A stretch of 63,413 bases of DNA, filler included, from Folioceros fuciformis (Eukaryota), in the NCBI GenBank assembly GCA_049999805.1. It is 6 parts of 5 records of this genome, joined end to end, with 100 filler letters (N's around TTAATTAATTAA, not from the genome) between each part and the next. Parts side by side here need not be neighbours in the genome. Positions count along the whole stretch, not along the records: positions 39,974 to 50,476 come from JBNGIO010006083.1; positions 50,577 to 57,254 come from JBNGIO010006084.1; positions 57,355 to 62,087 come from JBNGIO010006087.1; 3 more parts are not named here. One strand, given 5' to 3'. The notes under the pieces were generated by a model that was given only the letters and a program-made list of their open reading frames with translations, was not told the origin of the DNA and searched no databases. The translations under genes and the position numbers were made by a program. Positions within the stretch are counted from its first letter, which is position 1. Each line of letters opens with the position of its first letter. Shown one piece after another: positions 47,987 to 61,300 of this stretch.

Positions 47987-50476
47987 CTATCGCCACTCTC
48001 CACGCCGTTGGCGCCTTCCCCCCAATCTGCGCGCTTCTCCTCTCACTGGTCCCCCTCTTGCTCTCCTACCCCTCCGTTGATCAGGCAGATCTTCCAACAG
48101 GATCTCTACATCACTACTGCTGCTGAACCTTTCCGGCGGCAGCACAGGTGGGCCCCGCCGCTGAGAACCACTGTTCCCCCTTCTCCTCTGGTTTCTGAGG
48201 ATGGCAACAGGCTCCCGTTCTACCCATTGTTGGCCCTCTTCTTTCGTCAACTCCTCCAGAACTGCCTCCGCGTAGCAATGGGGCAGGCCTGTCATCCACC
48301 AGCTGTAGCGGTAGAGTCCCTTACGGGTCCTCAGATGTAGGCCGTAGCCCCCCGTCCCTCCTGTGCCCATACGTACATACAGAAACAGTTTAAGAACTCT
48401 GGCCCCTTCCACATAAAGACCTGGCACATAGGAAGCCTCCTCCTCATACTGCAGCACAACCCAACCTTCTGTCATAAAGGAGGTGCTTACCCCTTCCTCC
48501 CTTGGGCTACCGTGGGCTGTCTGTTCCCCATCTTTCTGGGGTACCTGAAGATCCTTCACCCGTCCAGCTGTTGCTTCCTCCGGCTCTGTCCTTCTGGTGC
48601 GGATCAATCTCCTGGAGTGCCTAAGCTCAGGCGCCTTCGCTGTTTCTTCCTTGGTTCCCAGGGCTGTTCCCTCGGCTACTCTGGGCTTAGCAAGGCTACC
48701 GGTAGCCCTGGCGACTACTCGGCTACCGGTAGTCCGCTCAATTACCGGTTCCCCTGCTCGACTATCGGTAGCCTCTTCAGCTATCGGGGTCGCCGTTTGA
48801 CTTGGGCGCCCAACCTTACCCTTCCCCTTCACTCTCTCTCTGGCTTCGTCTCGCTCCCTCTTGCACCTGTCAGCCAGCTTCTGGGCCTGTTCCACGGCTG
48901 CTATCTCTAGCTCTTGCGCCTTGGCCATCTTCTGCTGTATCTCCAGGTTAATCTCATGGGCCTCCCTCACCTGAGCTAGTAGGATCCCCTGTTGCTCCCT
49001 TAGCGCTTGGACCTCGGCCTTTGCCTGGCGTACCTCTTCCTCAGCCTGTGCCTTCTCTTTATCTAGGACTCGCTGTCTCTCCTCCAGCTGTTGCCGCGCC
49101 GCCTCCGATTTTGCCAATAGCCTCCGGGCTTCACCCTCCTACTGGCATGCCTCTACTTCCTTCCCTTGGGCCTCGGCTTCCCGTTCCGCCTGCACACTCA
49201 GCCAGGTTAGTGCCCTAGCAGCCTGGTCCATGAGATCTGCTTGGGCCTGTACCATCGCGGCAGTCAGCCCTGGCAGATCCACCTCCTGCGTTTTTCCAAC
49301 AGTCATTCCCCTCGCCATAATCTGCTTGCCCAGAAACTCCCTCAGCTTCTCTAGGTCTCCCACGTGCAGCCTATCCTTTCTGAGGAATGCTCCTGAAGAT
49401 TTCCTCCCATCTTGAAAAAGTTCCTTGCGCTGAAACATGCCCTAATTCGCTCTCATGCCTAGGAGGAATTAACTCAGCGGCTAACGTCTGCTCCTAAGAC
49501 CCCTTAAGCCCTGCTTCATCCTGCCTCTGCTCTTCCAGTCCTTGATCCATAACCCCCCGATTAGCGAGCCCCTGTTCTACCTCCTGTTCTTGTACAGCCT
49601 GCTCCTCTATCTGACCTTCGATTCGCTCCAGGGCTGTCTCCGACCTACTCCCTCCTTTCGTGCTATGCCCGCTGACCCATCTCCTCTTGGCAAGGGTCTT
49701 CTCCTGAGCTGCTGTCCTCCTCTTAGGCCTGACGGGAACCTCCCCCTGCAAGCTGTCCCCACTCCCCGACACCCAATTGCTGGAGTCAGCCTTCACTGGC
49801 TCAGCAAGCTTCCATTTTACATCTCTGATTGGCCTCCACATGTGCAGTGAAGCCAACACCTCCAGTTCCGACACCAGGTTAGCATAACTATAAATATGCA
49901 CTAGAAACGGGGAAATCATCGAGGGCTGAGGAGAGGGCAGGCTCAAATTCTTCCTCTCCTCGTCCATCTTGGCATACAGAATTTTTCCCCAATCAATCTT
50001 GGTCCCCTTCACTACCTCATGCACAAACAGGAGCATCTGGTCAGACAGATAATCCTGTTTGCAAACCTGGAGAAAACTAAGAAACCACCTGGCCAGACCC
50101 ATCAGCTGTGGGCTCGCCATGTCGCGAACCAACCATCCGTTAGCCTCCTTCTTCGTGCCTAGTTTGAGCAGTCCTTCAGCGTCTCCCGTACCCCCCCTGT
50201 TTCCTCAGGGACTCCAGCACCAATCCTCCCTCTTCTCGTTGGTCACGGCCATACACCCTCCTCACTAGCTCCAGGTTCCACCCTTGTGGTCTGCCTCTGA
50301 TCCCCTTCTCACGGACAGGTTCCCTCAACCTCAAGGTGCACTCCCTTACCAACTATGGCGCTGCGTGGTTCCACTGCTGGGTCATGAAACCCAGACCCAA
50401 TTCATCCACCAGCCCTCCTGCTCTGACCCTCCAGTGCTCCATGTTGGGCCACAAGAGTAGGTCGATCCGGGGAACA
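47987..50476 (-). mobile_element. Long extra ORF (with stops) immediately before the PPT of the Gypsy-like element
   Basis: Segments 50476-49494, 49438-49139 and 49117-47987: globular domain (LVRE..IRGRPQGW..NGW..IDWGKIL..ISPFLVHIY), coiled coil and a C-terminal hydrophobic-rich block. Confidence 0.65.
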
Positions 50477-50576
50477 NNNNNNNNNNNNNNNNNNNNNNNN
50501 NNNNNNNNNNNNNNNNNNNNTTAATTAATTAANNNNNNNNNNNNNNNNNNNNNNNNNNNNNNNNNNNNNNNNNNNN

Positions 50577-51337
50577 TCTACAACCTCAAGCCGGAGCAGA
50601 ATCCTGTCTGTAGCAAATGGATCCGACGTAAGGTAAGGTTGCCCTTCAGCAATTCTCTGCCCTCCTCTTGCAGATGCAGGTAGCTCCTCGTCTTCACCAA
50701 TTCGCTGCTCCAAACGGTCTAGCAAGCGCTGGCGATGTGCTGCCGCATGGCCTTCAAAACTGTTTGGGGAAGCTGATGCTGTTGCAGCACGAATGCTATG
50801 ATTTCTCCTAGCACGCATTCCATCTCTGTCAGCAATCCAGCCATGTGTTATCAGCTCATTGTGGCGCCTTTGGATGTACTCCTCCCTGGCTAGAGCTCTA
50901 GAAGAATTGTTGATAGGTGGACATCCCCAACGTCGTCCATTTCTCCTAGGCATTTTTCCAGGCTAGGATGCTAGTATTCATCTAGCAATATTCTTATTGT
51001 TTACTACACATGTGTGCAGGCAGGCGAACCCGCGTTATCATCAGACACATGCATCTATCTAATGATAAATGTAGATGTTCGATGATAACCCTGTTTCGCT
51101 TGCCATGCTCTACATGAATTTAGCTATGTGCCTAGCTAAAGTAAACAAAGTGCAGCGGAAAGATCAGAGACACAGCTCTGCTACCATGACACGAATTAGA
51201 GAACACACACAAACATGTACTCATCAGAATGATTAATTAAATTAATGAACAAAATTATGTCTTATATACTGTGTTAAATATAAACCCTAATCGTTAACTA
51301 TGTGAGGTTAACTAACCAAGAGTAACAAACTCTAACA
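50577..51337 (-). mobile_element. 5' end of Copia-like element E2: 151-bp LTR (51337-51187), PBS (51186-51175) and partial ORF0 (50953 to gap)
   Basis: TGTTAGAG...GTGTCA followed by TGGTAGCAGAGC (iMet PBS, one mismatch). The ORF begins MPRRNGRRW and is open to the gap. Confidence 0.65.
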
Positions 51338-51857
51338 GATCAAGATTTTCTGACAAGTTTTTCATTGGCGCACGTTGGCGCACGCAACAACGTTTAGGCC
51401 AGTTCAAAGTTGAGTGAGTCTCATCAAGATTGAACCGGTGCCAAGTTTGGAGATGTACTGAGAACAAGATGGAGTTTGGCAGATGCGATGTTTCCGCAAG
51501 GTTGGATTTATCTGTGAAACAAATCTCAGAAGGATTTGAACGTCTGCCTCATGCATCGCTTTATACTCGAAATAGAAGCCCTGCATCATGTTCCAAAAGA
51601 GAGATGGCGGATGTGGTTAAAGAACTTAAATCCACCACCAAACTGGATCAAGTACACAACCTTGTGAGGATACCGCTGACACAAGATATGTCATGCCGGA
51701 GGATTCCAAACCGGCACCCTCTAAATCAGCAGACTGAATAAGGGGCAGAACTCCTGCCTGGTTGACCAAGGATCCCAATAAACCAAAATCAAGGTCGGAG
51801 TCTCATAGATTGTGGACTCCTACACCTGCGAGATCCAAATTGCGTCCCACTGCAAAG

Positions 51858-54800
51858 ATGGCTACTACAGCAATTAAACTAGACCTTAAAGATAAGGACA
51901 GATTTTTTGGACAATTATGATGTCTAGGCCCATCGCCTCAAGACTATTCTGCAGATAGAAGACGTCTGGGATGTGGTCAACGGTACTATTGCAATTCCAT
52001 CTGGACAGGCGGCTACGCAAATAGACATTGATGCGTGGAAGAAGAAGGACTTACGAGCCAGAGAAATTTTGGAGTTGGCAATCGACAGTTCGATGATTCA
52101 CCACATCGATGACGTCGATACATCGCATGAGGCTTGGACTGCTAAGCCAGATGTTCGCTACAACGAACCAGTCCTCACTCGTTCATGCAACTCGGTCCTT
52201 TTGGAACTGCAAGATGAAGGATGGTGAGAGCGTGGAAGATCACGTTATGCGATTTCGCCATCTACGTCAAAAATTAGCATCTGCAGGCACCAAGGTTACT
52301 GAATTACAGGCTTTCGTAGCACTGTTAATGTCACTCCCGGAAAAATACTGGATCTTTGTTAGTACACAAAACAGTAATCTCAAATCTATTGTAGCTGGAG
52401 CAGTCTCCTTGTCTAACACAATAGGTGCCCTCCTTGAGGAGGAGGCAACACTTACCTTGTCCCGGCAGCATGCTTCGCAAAGCAGTAGAGCTCTCTTCTC
52501 ATCGAGTGGTGGTCGTGGCATTCGAGGAGGGCGCTATGCCCAATGTGGACGAGGAAGAGGCATGTCTTCAGGGTTTCAAACAAACAAGCACATCATCTAT
52601 AACTGGCGCAGAATACCTGGGCATGTAGAGAATGACTGTAGGAAAAAGAAAGTAGGTGAGCCAAGGAAACTTGCACAAGGAGAAGCAAACATGTCAGTTA
52701 AGACCAAGAATGCGTCCACGATACTGGCAGTTTACCTTGCTCATGCCAAAGTGGAGAGGAATCGGTGGTTTGTAGATTTTGGAGTGTCCACAAATATCTG
52801 CCACTGTAAAAAGGATTTCTCGACTTATACTAGCATGGACCCAGGACATTATGTCCTTCTGGGCGATGAAAGTGGTTTACAGATAGCTGGAGTGGGAGAA
52901 GTTCCCTTACTCTTGGCAGATGGATCAATTCGACATCTGCGAGAAGTGCTCCGCGTTCCACAGATGAGAAAGAATCTCATCTCAGTAAGACAAGTCTGTA
53001 AAGACTGGGGTGTAACGATTGAATTTGATGATGAAACCTGTTGGTTAAGAGATATGGCCTCAAAGGAGATCTTGATGACTGCAAAAATGGAGTCCGACCT
53101 GTATCTGCTTGATTGTACGTCTGCAAAATCCTCACAAGCAGCTCATGCATATTTGGGGGTCAGGACTCAGTAGAATGATGCCACTTATATCTGGCACTGT
53201 AGACTAGGGTACCCTAGTCTCAAACGCATGGAGGCCATCTTCAGAGGAAATTTGTATAAGGATACACCCAAGCTAACGCTCTCCACCAAACTATTCTGTG
53301 AGGTGTGTGAAATTGCAAAGTCAAAGTATAAAAGTCCTAAAACATCCGATGCAAGTAAAGCTTCAGACCTGTTGGAAGTTGTTCATACAAACTTGTGTGG
53401 ACCCATGTCCGTTACCTCGCTAGGTGGATCTCGTTACTTTATGGCTATCACCGATGACTAGAGTCAGTTTACAATCACTTATTTTCTTCATCTAAAGTTG
53501 GAAGCGTTGGACAGGTTCTCTGAATACCTGCTCTATGCACAACGGTCCGCTGGCAGGCAGCTTAAAGCAATTAGAACCGATAACGGCGGGGAATTTATCA
53601 GTGATGCTTTCAATAAGTTTTGCATGGAAAGAGGGATAGCTCGACAATTTACTGTGCCATACAACTCCAGCCAAAACGCAATTGCTGAATTGAAAAACAG
53701 GTATCTTCAAGAGTGTGCGAGATCGCTCCTTACTCAATCCAAACTGCATAGAAGGTACTGGGCAAAAGCCATTCAAACGGCGACTTATTTGCATAATCGA
53801 CTACCGACCACGGTGTTTGAAGCAGCCACACTGTTTGAACGCTGGACGGGCCGCAAACCGAGAATAGATCACCTACAGATTTTTGGTGCGCCCATCTATG
53901 CTCATGTTCCAGGACAACTTCGAAGGAAGTTAGATGATAGAGCCAAGAAGCTCATATTTGTGGGATACTATGAACAGGTCAAAGGTTATAAGACTTATGA
54001 TCTAGAAACACGTAGTGTTAGCTTCACACGCTCTGCTAAATTTCATGAACGACAACAGTTCGCCACAGCACCGCAGAGTATTCCTACATTAACTCCATCT
54101 TTGCCCAGTACTGATGAGCAAGGGGATGTTTTGGAATTTGAACCTGAAGATGATTCCAGTCTAGGTCCACCTCCGCCTTCACAAATTCCATCCTCTACTA
54201 ACTCCACTACTGTATTTGATAATGTCGAAGATTTGTTGGAACCTAAAGTTGAGGAGCCACATGAGGAGGTTAGTCAACTGCCTCTATGGCGTTCTACGAG
54301 GCATCATACCTCATCTCCCCTTGAATGGCAGGAGGTTCCCCTTGCTATGCAGGATCATTTGTTCAGTGGGAGTACTTAGTTGTCAGTTTCTGACATCCCT
54401 TCACATGGTATGGCACTCATCGCCAAGGCTCTCCTGGCAGCACAAGATTTAGGTGAGCCTGCTACTTTATCCGAAGCTCTGAGTGGCCCTAATAAGGACA
54501 AATGGCAAGATGCAGTTAACTCTGAATATGCATCCATCATCAAAAATTGTACCTGGCAGCTTGTTCCTCTACCCTCGGGGAGGAGGCCAATTACTTGCCG
54601 CTGGGTATTCAAAACAAATCTAAATCCTGACGGCAGCATAGCCAGGTACAAAGCGAGGCTTGTCGTGTGTGGCTTCACTCAACGAGAAGGAATCGATTAC
54701 TTTGAGACTTTTTCACCTGTTGTCAAAACGTCGTCAGTACGTACCCTTTTGGCATTGGCAGCTCAGGGAGGATTTCTGGTACACTAGATGGATGTTTAGA

Positions 54801-56068
54801 CAGCCTTCCTGAACGTCATTCTCAAAGAGGAGGTTTACATGTGTCAACCTGAGGGATTTGTAGATAAAAACCGACCTACAGACATTTGCAAACTGCTAAA
54901 AACCCTGTATGGTCTAAAGCAATCTCCCAAAGAGTGGAACAGAAGACTACATAAGTATCTCCTTCGTAAGGGATTTGTTCAATCTGCCTCTGATAGCTGC
55001 GTGTACATCTATAGAAAAGGAGATCAGGTGACATACGTGGTGGTGTACGTCGACGACACTTTGATACTATCTTCGTCGTCAGCAGTCATGGAGGAGGTTA
55101 AGCAAATTCTCAAGTCAGAGTTTAAGATGATTGATCTCGGCCAAGCTTCTTTCTTCCTTGGAGTGCACGCTGAGCTGCTCATGACACCTAGTAGGATCGT
55201 GATACATTAGAGACATTATATTCAGAGGTTGCTGGAAAAGTTTAATATGACTGAGGCTAAGCCTGTGAACACACCTATAGCAACAAGTGCGTAGCTCAAT
55301 AAGGAGCAGTCTCCTAAGACGTCGGAGGAAGAGAAGGAGATGCAACAAGTTCCATACCGGGTACTTGTGGGATGTTTGCTCTGGGTGGCAAATTGGACCA
55401 GGCCCGATATAGCTTTTGCGACGTCACTGGTTTCACAATATTTGGTTAATCCAGGACCCGCACACTGGGTAGCAGCAAAACACATACTCAGGTATTTAAA
55501 AGGAACTGGGGATTTGGGCCTAGTCTATGCACAACAGAGTGAATCACAGAGTATCATTGAAATGCATGCGTGGTCAGACTTCGATTGGGCGTCGGACACC
55601 GATACTAGAAGGTCAATCACAGCATATTGCATAAAACTTGCGGGCAGTGTTTTTACCTGGGCTTCAAAGAAACAGAGTGTGGTTGCGCAATCATCCACGG
55701 AAGCAGAGTATATAGTTGCCGTGAGCGCGGTCCAGGAGATCATGCATTTGAGAGCGTTGCTTGATTCCCTGGGACATACACAAAAGCATGCCACAATACT
55801 CAAGTGCGATAATCAGTCTGCTATTGCATTGAGCAAAAATCCAGTTATGCATTCAAGGACGAGGCACATGGACGTTAAGTTGCATTTCATCAGGAAAGCG
55901 ATAGAAGATGGGCACATCAGGGTAGAATATGTGCCGACAGCTGAAAACGTGGCAGACATTCTTACCAAGTCTTTGCCTAGGGCAAAGCATGAAGAGCATG
56001 TAGCAGCACTAGGACTGACCAACCTGGAGAGGATTCAACAATCAAAAGCACAAACAAGCAAGACGTAG
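51858..56068 (+). mobile_element. Full-length but decayed Copia gag-pol (element E4), same lineage as E1
   Basis: gag DLKDKDRF, knuckle ..GHVENDCRKKKVGEP, RTDNGGEF, YVDD, EAEY, ADILTKSLP. Several in-frame stops and frameshifts. Confidence 0.95.
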
Positions 56069-56539
56069 ATTCTTCAGCACTTCACAACTTGCAGCGTTGA
56101 ATTGAATATCATCACCATAGAGCCGTCATCCGAGACATGTGACTAGTGTAGTGTCAGCCGCATGGCCGGACAGCGTGAGGTTGTAGGAAGAGTGCGCAAC
56201 GAGTCGACAGTTGCTGCACTCAACCCTTGAGCTTTCGCTAGGCGGCGATGCCACAATTGAAGCTGGTGGCGAGCTCTCTCTTCACTTATCGTGGGTGGAG
56301 AGCTTGAGTGGGAGTTGTGACGACGCCACTCCGTCACCATGGTTGCGTGGTAAAACGCGAGAAGAATTGTCAGGTATGCTTGGTGGTACGCCTGAATGTA
56401 GCTAAGAAAGCTGCCGTAGTTATGAATGTAAAGGATCAGCGCACCGAATTGCAACATCGTGAGAGATGGTCAAGCTGTCAGCAGTAGCTGGCGGCCGGGC
56501 CAAGTTCGAGAAGTTCAAGACTGAACGGCTGCCGCTACG

Positions 56540-56724
56540 ACTAAGTGGGAGTAAAGAAGTATCGAAGAGTAGTCTAGGGTAGCCGCCTGGATAGCTAAAT
56601 AGGAAAAAAACCTAATTACTTATTTATATATATTCGTAAATAGCCCTAGATTTAATAGTCACGTGAACGTAAACTCCAACGGTTGTAACCGTCAGCCGCA
56701 TGCTATGTAAACGTTTGATTCACA
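56540..56724 (+). mobile_element. Putative PPT and short 3' LTR of E4
   Basis: actaagtgggag followed by about 170 bp with an AT-rich TATA region ending ttcaca. No 5' LTR is available for comparison. Confidence 0.4.
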
Positions 56725-57354
56725 GTAAAATGCATCTTTGATGAATTCTAGATGTCCGAACCCGTGGCAGATCACAGGCCAACAAGGGGACAGGAGAGCC
56801 AACCAGGAAGGGAGAACGGGAAAGGAAAAGCAAAAAGGGGTGGGCTGTGTTCTCTGGCACGTCTAGGCCTTACGGGATGCCTTGACCTCAATCAACGGGG
56901 AAGAGAAGGAAGAGCAACCTCCGCCGATTCAAGAGGTAGTTTCGATTTGCCAGCCGGCGGTTGAGAAGGAGAATCTAGAAAAAGAGAGGGCGAGTATTGA
57001 TCCTGCGATGCACACTAAAGGTGGTGCCTGGACAGGGGAAAATCGAATCCATGAAACCAAAGAAGCAGGAGGAACCTCGCGATTTAAGAACTTGAGAGCG
57101 TTAGGATTTCCACTAGATGTCCGGAAGGAGGTAATGGAAATGATTCGAGAAGAGCTGGAGCAGACCACGACACACCCAGCCATGTTACGGGTTAAGCTGC
57201 CATATGGTTAACTTATCATATTTAGATATACCTTTCTGTTTTTAGGGTTTGGCTNNNNNNNNNNNNNNNNNNNNNNNNNNNNNNNNNNNNNNNNNNNNTT
57301 AATTAATTAANNNNNNNNNNNNNNNNNNNNNNNNNNNNNNNNNNNNNNNNNNNN

Positions 57355-58311
57355 GTTCTTCTTCATCAATATCATGAAATTGTTCGGCTGGTGCTCGTGT
57401 TCCCCTACCTAAGGGGAGCCCGGTTCGACGTGTGGTCGTAGCAAGGCTAATTTCTCCCTTATAATCTTCTTGTTTGCCACATATAGGTGCTTGCGTAATG
57501 TCAAGTGGAATCTGTAGTACACAATTATGGTTTTCTTGCTGTACAATTTCTAAACATTTGGAGGACGCTTGAGCTTGACCTTCTTCCCACCTGTTCCTCA
57601 AAATCTGCATCCCTTCCGTGCAACAAGTACTCTCTGACATACTTGCCCTCATATGCATCCGTATGATCTGTTTGCTACCAATGCACCAACAAGTACGGCT
57701 CCCCACGTGTGAAATGTGTGCTCACAACTTTTGCCACCCAAAACTCCCTATTATGAATATCACCCTCACATGGGGTGATTATGAACATTCTTTTTTCTGT
57801 ATCTGCAAGACATCTCCATTTATCCATGAAATCTCAGCCTCATGTCTGCTAATACTTTGGTATGCACCTATATACATGGGCCTCATCGGCAGGTCGCGAA
57901 GAAGCGCTTCCTTTAACATAACCCCTTCTGGTACCTGCATAGGCTGAAACAATCTTTCTGCCTCAAACCTATTGTACCACGTCCAGGGGATCGTCAGTAA
58001 CAAACCTATATTGTTGTCCACAATATTAGCAATTTCCTCTTGATCTTGCCAGAAGTCTTGCCACCACACATTTTCTGCATCAGTTAAGTATGTAGCTAGT
58101 TTTAACAACCCTTTCTTTACATGTCCCACACATTCTCTCGCAGTCATCTGCCCTTCATGCCCCTTTCTATCCTTTGGCTGCAGTGATAGTAGAGTTGTCA
58201 GTTTAATGAATGTATCCGGAACATGCGTAAGGCACTCCAATCCTTCCTCAGGTTCCCAAAGAAGGGAGGTGGCGTATTGCTTGCTCTGGATAACAGTGAC
58301 ATATCTTTTGC
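57355..58311 (-). pseudogene. Frameshifted non-Copia coding remnant fused to the truncated E3 integrase
   Basis: ...WWQDFW...RPMYIGAY...[shift] REFWVAKVVS...LLVHW*...AYEGKY...FHLT. Possibly the C-terminus of a DNA-transposon protein; family not certain. Confidence 0.4.
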
Positions 58312-61300
58312 CTGGTTTGGGCAGAGCCTTAGTGGTAAGTTTGTTCAGAATATAGGTTGCTGTGACCACAGCTTCTGCCCAGTATGGAGACGAAAGTCCA
58401 GACCACAACAACATGGATTTGGTCATGCCCATTAAGGTTTGGTTCTTTCTCTCCGCCACGCCATTTTGTTGCTCTGTGTAGGGAACAATAAGTTGATGTA
58501 TTATGCCTCTGTCTTCTAGAAATTGTTTGAATAAATTACTGACAAATTCGCCACCATTGTCAGATCTGAAAACCTTGAGAAGACAGCCAGTCTGCCTCTG
58601 AACAAGAAGCAGCCACTCTTGAAAAAGAGGAATGTACCACTTTTCCTTTGCATAGGATATGTCCAGGTATATCGACTGAAATCGTCTGTGAAGGTAAGGT
58701 AATATTTTGCTCCACCCAAGGATGGGACTTGCAGTCGTCCGGAAATGTCTGAATGTACTAAATCCAGGACTGTTGTCGTTCTGTGAGTAGGTATGCGAGG
58801 AAATGACGCTTCTCGTTGCTTTGTTAAAACGCAAATCTCGCATGTGGGGAGTTCCTTGAAACATGAAGGTAACGGCTCCCTGTAACAGTCCTGTCTAGAT
58901 GATGCCAAGAGTTTAGTCATGTTAGCATGGCCTAGGCATGCATGCCAAAGCCTGGCCATCTGGGTAGCTGTTAGGCTGCCTTTAGTTGTTGAACAGATGT
59001 GCTCTCGACGTGTCCAGGATATGTCTAGGCGATACAATTCTGACTCTAGGAAGGCCTTAAAAATACAAACTTCAGGAGCACTACGTCTAGAGAAGCAACA
59101 TACAGTTCCTGATACATTAAGTACTAGACTCTTCATTTTCATGAGTTTACTCAAGGACATCAGATTTTTCGCCATCTTGGGACATGTAAAACATATGGAA
59201 GCACTAGCTCAGAGTCATCATGTAACAAGAACTTACAGGTTCCAGATCCTAAGATACTTAAACTAGTGGCACTACTCTCATCACCAAGGTAGACTTTGTC
59301 TGGAGCAGAAGAAAACGTGAGGCAAGTGAGAAGAGACTCTTCCCGACAGATGTGCGCTGTTGCCCCACTGTCCAGGTACCAAGTGTCAACATCACTCGCT
59401 AGAGTATGAAGACATAGTTAGAATCTTTACAACTGGCTTGCCTAAATTTGGTGTTGAGAAATCCACTGTATGCTTATCTTTATGTTGTTGGGTGGTTAAA
59501 GTCGTAGTTGCTGGACGGGGTACCACCCGTTGAGGTTCGCCAACTTTCGTTTTGCGACATTCACGAGCCCAATGACTGGGTAGCCCACACCAGTTGCAGT
59601 TGCCTTGGCGTTTTTGTATATTTGATGAGGAGCTCTAGCCGCCAATGTTGGATGGTCGTTGAGACTGATTTCTTCCACAACCCCGGCCTCTACCCCTCCA
59701 GGCAGAATATACCTTGTCATTCTTGCCTTTATGCTGTCCTTGTCCGCGCATGTGACAGACTTGTTCTTCTTGGTATAATGCTCCAATAACAGCGTTGAGT
59801 GTTCGTGTGGATTGGCCTACAGGGACAGGTTGACCAGGAACCTGAATAGGAACATTCTGAGTGGTGACAAAGGTCTGATAGCTAGGAGGAAGACTGAGAA
59901 GAAACTGTGACACCACTTCAATCTCAGTGAAGGTAGTGCCAAGGGAGGCTAGTTGAGCACGCAAGTGCCGGAATTTGCTCGCGTGAGCAAAGACCGAGTC
60001 CCCCATCTCATCTTCAAGTTTATAAATTCTCCTCTAATAGCACACATCGTCATCAAATTCACTAATTAGTAGGTAGAAGCTAACTGGTCCCATATAGCTT
60101 TGGAAGATTCCAAAAATTCGACTTCAGGGACTAAATCAGAATCAAGACCAGCAATAATCAGGGCAACAACTATGCTATTTGCTATATCCCACTTGATCTT
60201 CTGGCCTGGAGTAACAACAGAGCCAGGAACACTTGGATGGGAAGGAGTCCCAGGATCAGAGTAAGTGCCATCCACTACTTTCCAAACTCCGCGAGCAATT
60301 AATGTAGACTTCATTCTGATTTTCCAAATATCATAACGCGTTCCATTGAAACGGTCTTTTTCTTTCAGATCTCCTGTAAAGGTTGGAATCACTGTTCCTG
60401 GTTGAATAGGAGGGGTAGGAGTAGCCATGACTGAGTCTACAACAAGCTAGTCTACGGAAGAAGACATACAGGTAAGAAACACTTCATATGAAATGGAAAA
60501 ACGAGATATGAACCCTAACTGAAAACCGTCTGATTAATTAGGGCTATTTCAAAAATTTATTGTTTGGAATAACTGAATGGGAAAATAACCGACATGACTG
60601 TTGTTCAAGGCAGCGAGAATTGAAAGGTAGCCCTGAATTTGTGGATGGAGCGCGCAACAGCTGTGGCAAATCAAGAACCCTAACTGCTGCCACTCAACCA
60701 CCTCAAAATTTTTTCTCAAATTAAGTTGCAACAGGGCTTGCAGGCCCTGCGCAATCTGCCATATCATTCGGAATTACATGCATTGAGTGCAACAATTGTG
60801 TGATGCACTCAATGCCGTGATTAATGTCATAGCTTCTATTGCTCATTTGTCGCAACAAACGTTCTTTCATATCATAAATTGACTCCAAAAAACACTCCTG
60901 CCTAGAGAGTAATTGAAAAAATCTAATTTCAATTCTCTCCAAATATTTTTGAATTAAATCTCCAGAAAAATCTCCTCTTCTCTCTTGGTCAGGATCCTTT
61001 AAGGCGCTCAATTTCTTCTTCAGTTTTGAATTGTTGGAACGCGAATAAAGATTATGCTTTACACAAGATGGCAAGATTTTTGCTGCTTGGAAATCACCTT
61101 CAACATCCTACTCACATAACTGAATTCGATGCGGTCTTCGCTCTTGGGCTTGCTTGTGCCAAAATGCACGGAGTTGAGTCCGATATTCATCAAGATATTC
61201 TTGGCTCCATGGACCTTATCGGGGTAGTGGAATCCACTCCACTCCTCGGCGAGTTTGATGTTGCATCTCCCGGGGCAATGATGAATCAACTACCCTCCTA

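Noticed and set aside
53170-55300. In-frame stops that U-to-C RNA editing could repair
   Set aside because: Reverse editing is known for organellar transcripts. These are nuclear TE copies that also carry frameshifts, so deamination explains them.
56752-57254. Short ORFs after the E4 LTR
   Set aside because: Fragmentary, with no recognisable domain, and truncated by the gap.
57779-58864. 361-aa ORF looking like a novel integrase fusion protein
   Set aside because: Both halves are frameshifted relics. The in-frame join is most simply a chance result of a deletion or rearrangement.
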